DNA of 63,143 bases, filler included, from Octopus bimaculoides (lineage: Eukaryota), in the NCBI RefSeq assembly GCF_001194135.2. It is 4 parts of 4 records of this genome, joined end to end, with 100 filler letters (N's around TTAATTAATTAA, not from the genome) between each part and the next. Parts side by side here need not be neighbours in the genome. Positions count along the whole stretch, not along the records: positions 1 to 29,026 come from NC_068994.1; positions 29,127 to 55,535 come from NC_068981.1; 2 more parts are not named here. One strand, written 5' to 3'. The notes below the pieces were generated by a model, which was given only the letters and a program-made list of their open reading frames with translations, was not told the origin of the DNA and did not search any database. This document shows positions 27,244 to 37,347 of the stretch, in pieces. Every line of letters starts with the position of its first letter. Within the stretch, counting starts at the first letter, position 1. The position numbers and the translations under genes are program-made.

Positions 27244-27354
27244 ACTGAAACACTTTTTTTCAAATACTTTCATCATCTCAAGACAGTTATCTTCATTTTC
27301 CAAACAAAGATGTGCATCTCGACACCACATCACCATAGACACTGCAAGTATCAC
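27244..27354 (-). CDS. DNAH6: Axonemal dynein heavy chain (DNAH6-like), linker-region exon
   Basis: ttttctctgaag|GTG ATA...TTC AGT|gtaaga. 111 nt, phase 0 to 0. VILAVSMVMWCRDAHLCLENEDNCLEMMKVFEKKCFS resembles the dynein V-I-L-x-V-S-Q-I-M-W-C-R-D segment as I recall it for DNAH6. Confidence 0.8.
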
Positions 27355-28635
27355 CTTCAGAGAAAAATCAACAAGAGATATTAACAACTGAAAGGGGAAA
27401 ATTCAACTTTTGTAACAGAAATATTGTTCACATTTTTTTTTATTCACATGGAGTCTCCTAGTTAGTACAAGGGAGATAATCATTTCTTCATAATATTTGG
27501 CAGGATTAGAAGTTCAATTTTGAAATTGAGGAATAAGAGAAAAGATACACTGAATACAGATATTTAATTTTTTTTTTTGCTTGCTTTATTACAAAGGGCT
27601 TAAAATTTCTAGTCTTAAATAATCGTGTATAATACCATTTAATTTTTTTTTAGAAATCATCAGTATGACATAACCCGAGATATATAAATTAAACATTCTA
27701 TGAGGTGAAACATTTCAAATGGAATGTATGTTTTTCTTTTCTTTTTCTTTTTCTTCAAGACCATTAGTTGTTTAGCAGTTGAGAGAAAAGGGGGAGAAGG
27801 TTCTTAGTGTTTACATACAGGGTAACTGTTTTCATTAACTTTCTGAAAAAGTTACAATTTAATTGCAAACACTGACAGAATAGTAGAAAGTTCCAATCAG
27901 TCACGAGTGTGACACGGGTTCAGTTACCAGTTGAGTTATTTAACATCATAGCTGTGATTTCTGGATATACCCAATATAAGTTGAGGGGTTCCATCAAATA
28001 ACACACAATATGAAAACATGATATGCATGGTCTTAGGAGCCATGAAGAGTTACAAAACATTTGAAAGGCAAACTGAAATATGATCTTCATGTATCATCAG
28101 CTTTCTTCTGGCACAAAGAGGTCACAAGATGTGGGTGTATATGTTTTACTGTGTATGTATAAGTTCTGTGTAAGTTTTATCAGCATTTCATCCATCCTTA
28201 CATTTTGAGTTCAGATTCCACTGAGGTCAACTTTGTCTTTCAACACTTTGGGGTCAATAAAATAAGTACCAGTTGAGTACTGGGGTCAGTATAATTGACT
28301 TACCCCTCCTCCACAATTGCTGGCCTTGTGGCAAAATTTGAAATCACTGTTAATTGGCTTTAAACATATATACATATATACACATTGGTTTCAAATTTTG
28401 ACACAATGCCAGCAAGTTCAGAGGAGGAGATAAGTTGATTACATTGACCCCAGTCTTCAACGAGTACTTAATTTGTTGGCCCCAAAAAGATGAAAAGCAA
28501 AGTCGACCTTGGTGGCACTTGAACTCAGAACAGACGAAATGCCACTTTGCATTTTGCCCTACCTGCTAATGATTCTACCAGTTCACCACCTTTAACTCAC
28601 TCACTCACACACACACACACACACANNNNNNNNNN

Positions 28636-28698
<63 letters not shown>

Positions 28699-28714
28699 TA
28701 TATACGTATATATA

Positions 28715-29026
28715 TGTATGTGTAAAGGTAAAGGTGACGCTTTAGATACAAATAATTACAGAGGCATCAAGCTGTTAGATCAGGTTATGAAAGTTACAGA
28801 GAGGGTCATAGCCCAACTAATTAGGGAGCGAATCAATTTAGATGAGATGCAGTTTGGGTTCGTTCCAGGTAAAAGCACTACTGATGCCTTATTTCTAGTG
28901 AGACAGTTGCAGGAGAAATACCTAGCTAAGGATAAACCTCTGTACCTGGCTTTCATTGACATGGAGAAAGCCTTTGACAGGGTCCCCCGATCCCTTATCT
29001 GGTGGTCAATGAGGAAACTTGGGATA
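28715..29026 (+). mobile_element. RTE-clade LINE reverse transcriptase fragment, open up to the gap
   Basis: KGKGDALDTNNYRGIKLLDQVMKVTERVIAQLIRERINLDEMQFGFVPGKSTTDALFLVRQLQEKYLAKDKPLYLAFIDMEKAFDRVPRSLIWWSMRKLG: non-LTR RT motifs NYRGI-x-L, QFGF, D-x-x-KAFD-x-V. No stops. Confidence 0.92.
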
Positions 29027-29126
29027 NNNNNNNNNNNNNNNNNNNNNNNNNNNNNNNNNNNNNNNNNNNNTTAATTAATTAANNNNNNNNNNNNNNNNNN
29101 NNNNNNNNNNNNNNNNNNNNNNNNNN
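29027..29126. other. Assembly placeholder gap of exactly 100 bp with artificial linker
   Basis: 44 N + TTAATTAATTAA (29071-29082, stops in all six frames) + 44 N. Identical constructs occur at 55536-55635 and 58042-58141. Confidence 0.95.
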
Positions 29127-29461
29127 TTTCACCGTTTCGTTTTCCTGTCTTGTTTTCCGTCCGCCACTACCCTCCATGAAAACAATTTAATTTGTGTTTG
29201 TGGGAAGAACCATTTTAACGATGCGTACTGCCTTATTTCTTCGAAACGCCAGAGTTTTAATGGTGGCAGCTGATGAAGGGGATGTTTCTATGTGGCCTGC
29301 TTGTTTGTTGCACCTTGTTTACCATTTTGTCCCTGTTCTTTTGCCACCTCATGTACCCAGTTATGTATCTATATGTACATGTAGATGAACGTATATACAT
29401 ACATGTACATATATATGCATATACTCATATATTGTTTATATATATATATACATACTCGCTT

Positions 29462-29810
29462 AAAAGCTACCCTGTTGGGTGGCTTTTTAGCTAGTATGTA
29501 ACTTTTAAGCAACCACCCCAAAATGGGAAGATCTGCAAACAGATCTCTGACTTGTTTTGGGGAATTTGTTGCAATTGCTTCCTCCAGAGTCATATCACAA
29601 TGATAATCATATTCATCACTAAAATTCATGTAAAATAAAATGCCAAAAACAATTGCAGCAATGAAAACATTGGAATCCAAAATTTCAGGTCTGGATTTGG
29701 CCCGGAATGTTTTTAATCTACTCACGGAATCAGCTTGATTCCAAAATGGTATAATATGTTGAGCTGCAGCCTCTGGGAGTAAAGTTGAAAAAGTGTGACA
29801 CACTGACATT
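29462..29810. mobile_element. Helitron-derived patch: RepHel-like fragment (-) beside a hairpin-CTAG terminus (+)
   Basis: The minus frame has DEYDYHCDMTLEEAIATNSPKQVRDLFA, similar to the D-x-x-W-D-x-TLEEA-x-x-x-x-SP-x-x-x-R-x-LFA segment of Helitron RepHel. Hairpin aaaagctaccc-tgtt-gggtggctttt (29462-29487) is followed by CTAG-T (29491-29495). Confidence 0.5.
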
Positions 29811-30190
29811 CACATTTATTATATTAGATATGTGTAATTTTGGGGAAACTGTATTTCAATTAAAGTGTATTTTATGTGTGTGTGTGCGCGTGTGTGTACA
29901 CACACACTCACATATTTTGTTGTGTCTGAGGAGAGTCATTCTCTTTTAGTGCCTTAGTATTTAATACACTCACTGGTAAAGTTTCCCCTCATTTACTTAT
30001 TTATTTTTTCCTAAAATTTTTGTTGGGTCTTGCAACCTTTTCAATGTATATATGTATGTCTGGCAGCCTTTTCAACATATATATGTATGTATTAAAGAAA
30101 GCAAAAAATAAAACAAAAATGATAGTGTTCAGTAGTTGGTTCACTATACTGGCCAGGAAAGTTGTACATCATCTCCCTCTTTCTCTCACA

Positions 30191-30241
<51 letters not shown>

Positions 30242-30429
30242 CACCACCACCCTTACCATCTCTATGCCTACTATTACACCCCAGCAGGAAGAAGTGTCAT
30301 TGAATAGGGAGAAAGGGGGTCAAAGTGTAACACACTGACACACAGAAATTAGTTTTTGCATTTATTATATTATATTATAAATATATATATGGATTTATAA
30401 GTATATGTATATATATATAATTGACCGTT

Positions 30430-30615
30430 GACTGAACACTATTCAATTTTTTTTCTCCGGGTTTTTCTCCTTGTCTCCGTATTCTTTCTGTTGAAGAGCG
30501 TAGCTCGAAACGTCAAAGACTTTCCGTATTCCCGAGCGTCATACTAATATATACTTTTGTTATTTACACCACCTGTCCTCGTCTGTTGTTATTTTTTGTA
30601 TATTCTCCCATATAT
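30430..30615 (+). mobile_element. Penelope-like element pseudo-LTR remnant with hammerhead-like motif
   Basis: tctttCTGTTGAAGAGcgtagCTCGAAACGTCaaaga. The TGAAGA...CGAAACGTC signature is typical of Penelope-like termini. Confidence 0.5.
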
Positions 30616-30622
30616 ATATATA

Positions 30623-30670
<48 letters not shown>

Positions 30671-30872
30671 AGTGTGTATGTATGTATGTATGTATGTATG
30701 ATTGTACATATGTATGTATGCATGTGCATAATTCAATCATCATTTGTGATTATGAAATTGAAATCATTAAATTCTGCTTCTCCTCTTGATGCTGCTACAG
30801 CTACTGTTCTGACTTCTGCTAGTGAAGGAAAGGAACAAATCCCTCCCACTATATCTATGGTGTCTCCCTTTT

Positions 30873-30938
<66 letters not shown>

Positions 30939-31479
30939 TTGTTGCTGCAGTTGATTAAGTAGTAGTGAGGCTGATACAGCTTCTACAAAATCAACCACTC
31001 CTATTGCTGCAACTGCTACTTCACTATACAACTTCTTTCACCTTAATATCAACATTACCAGGAAGGGTCAATAGAAAAATGCCACTGTTATAACTTTTAC
31101 TACTACTCTTATGGCTTAGCAGACATCCAGAGACCAATAACTGCTACCATATGAATTTCATATAAAGATATAGATGAACTTTCAAAACTGCTATGATTAA
31201 TTTAATTTTACTCAATTTGGTTTTCATTTTCTTATTAAATTTTTTTTAAGCAATTGAAACTAATGGTATATTTTGATAAAAATGTAAATATTTTCTCTTT
31301 TTATTCATGATAAAGTTCTCAAAGTATTTTCTCCCGTTTTTGATGTAAATTTACTCGTGAGAAATGTCTTAAACTTTTCAATATCTGTCTATATATTTAA
31401 TACATACATATAGTGCATACATACATACATACATACAGAGGACAAAGAAATAAGAACCCACAATATAGTAGAAACCATA

Positions 31480-31890
31480 GCTACTTATAATAAAAAGGAA
31501 TACTGGTGAAATGTACCAGTGAAGACCTCAATGAAATGTAAGCACAACAGATCTGATATAATGATTTCGGATAGAGAAGAGAAACTGAGCACAGTTGTGG
31601 AAATTAGCTGCCCAGTGGATGTGAACATAAAGCCGAAGATCAGTGAAAAAGAGAACACCCATGCTGAACTATTGAGAAATCTGCAAGTACTCTATCCAGA
31701 TTACAATTTCAGGTTTGTACCTGTAATTATTGGGACCCTAGGATATGTAATACACTGGCTAAATACCAATCTTGAGAAATTAAGCTCCTCAAAACCAGAA
31801 AGGTGAAAGCTAATTTGAAGACTGCAGATCCAATCAATCACTGGAACTGTTAAAATCTGTAAACTTTTCCAGAAGTTTATCATTTAAATA
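31480..31890 (+). mobile_element. Second REL-endonuclease retrotransposon fragment (R4/Dong-like)
   Basis: HNRSDIMISDREEKLSTVVEISCPVDVNIKPKISEKENTHAELLRNLQVLYPDYNFRFVPVIIGTLG, a degenerate RPD...E/D-x-x-x-P...K-x-x-K-Y...P-x-x-x-G-x-L-G pattern. Confidence 0.7.
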
Positions 31891-32617
31891 TATATGAGCA
31901 TGTCTAGATATGCAAGTATATGCATGAGAATATATACATAAAACATACAAGTCTGCTCATACATACAAGCAAAAATGCCCTGTTGATGTTGAAATTCCAA
32001 TGAAGGAGCTTGGGATCTAGGTTAGAAACCAGTTCTTTCTCTATTGGTAAGAAATCTTGAAACAAACTNNNNNNNNNNNNNNNNNNNNNNNNNNNNNNNN
32101 NNNNNNNNNNNNNNNNNNNNNNNNNNNNNNNNNNNNNNNNNNNNNNNNNNNNNNNNNNNNNNNNNNNNNNNNNNNATATATATATATATATATATATAAT
32201 GTATGTATGAAATACAAAAGAGAAAGTGTTTAAGAATTTTTGGAAACATTAGACCACAGTTACATTTGGAAGGTGAAACATATCTTCGAATGCTTTGTGG
32301 CATAAATAGTAGCAAGTAAAAGTCCAAGTATATCCTTCCTTGATAATTAGTAGCATTCCAATCACAGTCTTTCTCTGTTAAACATACTGTTCTAATATGA
32401 TTCTATTTTCCATTACCAATTCAGACAAAGTCACTATTTCTTTCTTATGTATAAATGTACTCACCACTCATCACATCTAAACACACCATAACAGAAACCT
32501 TGAGAACAGTCCACTGACTGCAAGCAGGAGTAGAAACGTACCTGTGAGGTTAAGAAGTTTGCTTCACAATTATATGATTTACAACAAAAAATTATCAGAT
32601 ATTAAGAATGTACAAAC

Positions 32618-32807
32618 CTAGTGATTTGTTCAAGGAACGTATATTGTTCAGCAGGATCAAAATTCATGACTTCATCGTCTCTATCCCTGTAATATTCTAC
32701 AACATTTGCTGGACCTTGGGAACGATTCAATGAAGATATTATATCTGCATTTATGCATAACATCTGTGAATAGTCTGGATGTTTGTGTAATTCTAATACT
32801 TTACAAC
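32618..32807 (-). CDS. OBSCN: Obscurin/UNC-89-like linker and start of kinase 2 (last visible exon)
   Basis: ttttttttccag|GT TGT AAA...ACT AG|gtttgt. 190 nt, phase 1 to 2, open. (S)CKVLELHKHPDYSQMLCINADIISSLNRSQGPANVVEYYRDRDDEVMNFDPAEQYTFLEQIT(R). It ends like kinase subdomain I (Y-x-F-L-E-x-I-x-R), with the same phase-2 intron position as kinase 1. Confidence 0.82.
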
Positions 32808-33469
32808 CTGGAAAAAAAATTAAATAAGTTTCACTATTAAGCTAATATGAAAATATGTGTAAAATTATAGAAGTAGCATGTAATTGTATACATAATATGT
32901 GTATAAAGATATCTATATATGTTGATACATAAGGGTGAAGATATTGCTGAAGGGTTAAAAAGTTTGTTTCATAAAATGTCCTTATATTTTATCTATCATG
33001 GGGAAGTATCTTCTGTCATAACCTTGGGTCAATCCAAGCCTTGTGAGTGAAATTTGGTAAACAGAAAATGCTTGAAAATCTATAGGATAGACTACACTAT
33101 CAATTCGAAGGGCCAGCCTTGTCGAACACAGCAACACTGAACCTGCATGAGTATTGTATTAAGAGTACAAGTCGTTGGGGGATACTCAGCCATGCACACT
33201 ACAATAGTTTCAAATTCTGACACATGGCTAGCAGTTTTTATAGGAGATTATTATTTGATTATACTGGCCCCAGTACTTGACTGCTAATTATTTTATCAAC
33301 CCAAAAGGGATGAAAGCAAAGATGAACCTTGTGAAACTTGAACTCAGAAAGTAATGAGCCAAAATTATGTGCACTATAATGTATTAAATAAAAGCTTTTA
33401 TTGAACAAACTAGAACATTAATCCTCAAGCTAACATGTAAACCATCACATGTTGGTAAATAATGCATAC

Positions 33470-33917
33470 TCTTTTACTCTTTTACTTGTTCAGCCATTTG
33501 ACTGCGGCCATGCTGGAGCACCACTTTTAGTCGAGCACTGCCTTTAGTCAAGCAAATCGACCCCAGGAGCACCACCTTTAGTCGAGCAAATTGACCCCAG
33601 GACTTATTCTTTGTAAGCCTAGTACTTATTCTATCAGTCTCTTTTGAACTGCTAAGTTAGATAAACACACCACCATCGGTTGTCAAGTGATGGTGGGGGG
33701 ACAAATACAGACACACAAACATATACACACACACATATATACATACATATATACAACAGGCTTCTTTCAGTCTCCATCTACCAAATCCACTCACAAGGCT
33801 TTGGTTGGCCCAGGGCTATAGTAGAAGACACTTGCCCAAGGTGCCACGCAGTGGGAATGAACCTGGAACCATGTGGCTGGTAAGCAAGCTACTTACCACA
33901 CAGCCACTCCTGCGCCT
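33470..33917 (-). mobile_element. SINE family A copy with internal duplication (in obscurin-like intron)
   Basis: Reverse-oriented full copy; the segment gcaccacctttagtcgagcaaatcgaccccagga is locally repeated. Partial reverse copies also occur at about 14020-14250, 21905-22140, 36300-36510 and 57760-57970. Confidence 0.8.
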
Positions 33918-34409
33918 ATATCATATAACATTAATGTATAACATTTAAACATTTTCATTTAAAATAACCATTTTAATAATGTTTTGTATTTTATTATATA
34001 TAAGGGACAGTCCATTTGATAAACTTCCACCTAATTTCCATCTACTCAGGTTTACTCATTAAGCTTTTTTTCAACCCAAGACTGTGACAGATGCTTGCAA
34101 ATGTTGTCACACTGTGGAATCAACTCATAATTATGTAGCTGCAAGCCAAAAACCAAACTTCTCAACCATACAACTAAGCCCATACCCATTTGCTACCAAA
34201 AATGAAAATAATTTACTTTATATATTTATTTATTTATTTATTTATTCATTTTCCAACAATTTCACAAATGTTCTTATATTACACTGCTTGATAATTGATA
34301 GCTTATTTTATTTGAATATTTTAAATCACATACTCATTCTTCTCTGTATTAAAAGAAATTAACTTTTTCAATCAAGCATTTTATTGACATAACAAAATAA
34401 TAAACATAC

Positions 34410-34571
34410 TTTCTTTCTTTGTGGTGATTATATTTGAAGCATAGCTGTATGGACTGAGACCAAATTTATTCTGACAAGATATTTTAAATACATAGTCAGT
34501 TTCAGGTGTTAGATTTCCAATAAGAGCACATTCATTAGTAGTTTTCATACTTTTCCTCCATTGGTAATCCT
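34410..34571 (-). CDS. OBSCN: Obscurin/UNC-89-like Fn3 domain, second half
   Basis: ttttttgcag|AG GAT TAC...GAA A|gtatgt. 162 nt, phase 1 to 1. (E)DYQWRKSMKTTNECALIGNLTPETDYVFKISCQNKFGLSPYSYASNIITTKKE (L-x-P-x-T-x-Y-x-F, N-x-x-G-x-S). Confidence 0.92.
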
Positions 34572-35509
34572 CTGCAAAAAATAAATAAATAAATAAAATA
34601 AAAATAATAATAAATATTTAATGAGGGAATGAACATTATCCGAATTATGTTCAAAAAGCTTTGTGAAAATCAATTTATTCATTTGTAAGACAGTATTAAT
34701 TATTTGAAGACATAGAATAATATCTTTTTTTTTTAATTTTACACTTTATCAAAAAAGATTTAATGATTCCAGATATAAGAATTAATATCTGACTTTATTG
34801 AGCTAAGAATGACAATCATTAAAATATTTCATGAACGAAGAATTCAAAGAATTATGTTAAAAATATTTTTAAAACTAAACTTCATAATGTTAGAGATTAG
34901 TAACATTATTTAAATTCCTTGTCTTAATTGGTGCAGCATTTAATTTAGCAAATTGACCATCAATTCATCTTTGTTAATGATGGTTTCTTATTTAGGAACA
35001 AGGCCAGTAATTTTGATGGAAGGAGAGTAATCAGTGCCATTGACCCCAGTACTTGACTGGTGCTTTATTTCCCCACCCTGAAAAGATGACAGGCAAAGAT
35101 GACCTTGGCAGAATTTGAACTCAGAATGTAAAGACTCAGAACAAATGCCTGAAAGCGTTTCTTCTGACACTACCAATTCTGTCTACTCTCCACTTACATT
35201 TGATAATCTTTATTATTAACACATGAGTCTGAAGGTTCAATGTAAATCAAGATTTTCTTCATCTTTTATTAAACTTGATATATAGAAACAGATACTTCAC
35301 AAACATAATTCATAAGTTTAAGGTAACAGGTGCACCTCATTTTCGTTAAGGTAAACTGAAGCAAAACCAAATGAAAGGCAAAACTTCATTTCATTGAAAG
35401 GCAGAGCATAATAATTATTGTAAAGTTTGAATTCTTATCCAAGAGGAAGGTCAGTAGCTAACGATGTAACCGCATAGCTTCAGTTCTTTCTAAAAGCTGA
35501 AACACTCAC

Positions 35510-35641
35510 CTGCTTTTTTGCAATAGACTCTATAAAATATAACTGGGGATTCTCCATCATACTGAGGTGGATCCCAAACCAATAAGATTTCTCGATCAGA
35601 AACAGCAACAGCAATTGGTCTCTGTGGACGGCTGGTGACAT
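35510..35641 (-). CDS. OBSCN: Obscurin/UNC-89-like Fn3 domain, first half
   Basis: ttttctattctag|AT GTC ACC...GCA G|gtgagt. 132 nt, phase 1 to 1. (D)VTSRPQRPIAVAVSDREILLVWDPPQYDGESPVIFYRVYCKKA (Fn3 W-x-P-P-x-x-D-G, Y-x-V). Confidence 0.92.
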
Positions 35642-36517
35642 CTAGAATAGAAAATTATTTTCTATGCTTTTTAATTCAATAATTTCTCTTCTTTCTATCC
35701 TTTAATGACTAAAGTGTTCGGTAAAACATTTTGTTCAGTATTTTAATTAAAATCATTAGTGCTTCATGTATGTTGTGTAATGATATTTTAAATACTACAC
35801 TGGATGATTGCTAAACATTTCGGTATGTGAATGAATTTTTAAGGTTTAAATCATACTTAGTCTCATTTTTATTGTTGTTTAACCTCAGGTTAGACCTGGG
35901 TAAGCAGATTTATGATAAAAAAATATTTCAACCAGGACAATTTCATATTTTTAGGACTATTTAGCACTACATTTCTACATTCCTAATTTGTCAGTAGAAT
36001 GTGATCTGAAGGACACTTAGCTGCTTTTTCTAGTGAGTCAAGCAATCACATTCTAATTTCTCTATTGGCTTGTTAATATTAGTGTTAAATAACATAGTAG
36101 TTGTAACCCTAGTTAATTCTTTCAATTTGTGTAACATGTATATTCAACTATTGAACAACATGTTAAAATGTATTTTAAGCATATAAATAAATATCAAATA
36201 TGCTTATGCATACTGAGCTGTTTTGTTGTCATGCTGTATGACTTTTCAAATAATTCATTTTGTAAACATTTGCCAGATTTGCACTTACAACTATACACAG
36301 CTATATGAAACAACCTTGCTGCCATGCTGAAGCACCACCTTGAGGGGTTTTTTTAGTCAAACAAATCAGCCCGATGACTTATTCTTTGTAAGCCTAATAA
36401 TCATTCTATCAGTCTATTTTGCTGAACTGATAAGTTACTGGGACATAAACACACCAACACCTGTTGTCAAGTGGTGATGGGGGGACAAACACAAACACAA
36501 AGATACACACACACATA

Positions 36518-36518
36518 T

Positions 36519-36590
<72 letters not shown>

Positions 36591-36626
36591 ATAGACAGAT
36601 AGATAGATAGATAGATAGATAGATAA
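36518..36626. repeat. (GATA)n tetranucleotide microsatellite
   Basis: More than 20 tandem ATAG units at the end of a SINE copy. Confidence 0.92.
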
Positions 36627-37062
36627 ATTGAATATTAATTCAATTTAAAACCAAGTGGCCTAGCATATAAAAAAATCTGAAAATTCAGAAAAAATTGTAC
36701 TACACGTGTATAAGGGATGACCACTGGGTAGACATCCAATATGCTAGAAATAGGTCATCAACGACCCAACCACAAAGAAAAATAATGTTCCCCAGAAAAA
36801 TTTCTCAAAAACATCAGAACAAAATGAGAAATATACAGAATAAAGAATTATCTATGGACTGCAGTTTCTAACATTAACGTTTTACTTGTGTAACAACATC
36901 CATGTTCTCATCAGCATAGACGTTCTTGAATCAATATAATTTGCAGGACTATACACGAATTGTCTTCATGAAATATGACTTGCATATAGTTCTACCGATT
37001 AAGATTACTAACAAAAATAAGAAGGTAATGAGAAAATATATGAAGTTGCTCAAATTACATAC

Positions 37063-37347
37063 CTCCAATCAAAAGTTTTGCTCGACATGTTGTTCGTCCC
37101 ATTTTATTCCGAGCAACACATTTGTACACACCAACATCATATGACTTAGCACTAATCAAAGTCAAGGAAGAAACTCCATCTTCACTAAGTGAAACTCTAA
37201 TGCGGTTATTCTGTGTAAGATACTCTTCATCTTTATACCAGGCAACACTAACACTGGGTCGGCCTCGGATGAGACACATAAATGTTACATTTTCCCCATC
37301 ACGTACAACTTGATCTGTTAGTTTTGCACGAAAAATTGGACGATAAC
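37063..37347 (-). CDS. OBSCN: Obscurin/UNC-89-like I-set Ig domain exon
   Basis: tttacag|GT TAT CGT...GGA G|gtatgt. 285 nt, phase 1 to 1. (G)YRPIFRAKLTDQVVRDGENVTFMCLIRGRPSVSVAWYKDEE...LTLISAKSYDVGVYKCVARNKMGRTTCRAKLLIG: I-set Cys, WYKD and DxGxYxC motifs. Confidence 0.95.

Noticed and set aside
29071-29082. Palindromic TTAATTAATTAA motif occurring three times (also 55580-55591 and 58086-58097)
   Set aside because: It is always centred in exactly 100 bp with 44 N on each side. This is an assembly linker, not biology.
29255-29285. Second hammerhead candidate (cttcGAAACgcc...CTGATGAag)
   Set aside because: The core halves are present in permuted order, but stem I does not pair and the U16.1 position is C.
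32465-32541. Apparent next obscurin exon or recursive splice site (cacag|GTACGT...|gtgagt), 76 nt after the 32618 donor
   Set aside because: The in-phase translation (YVSTPACSQWTVLKVSVMVCLDVMS) is not kinase-like, and the acceptor lies in a decayed SINE-head fragment on the opposite strand.
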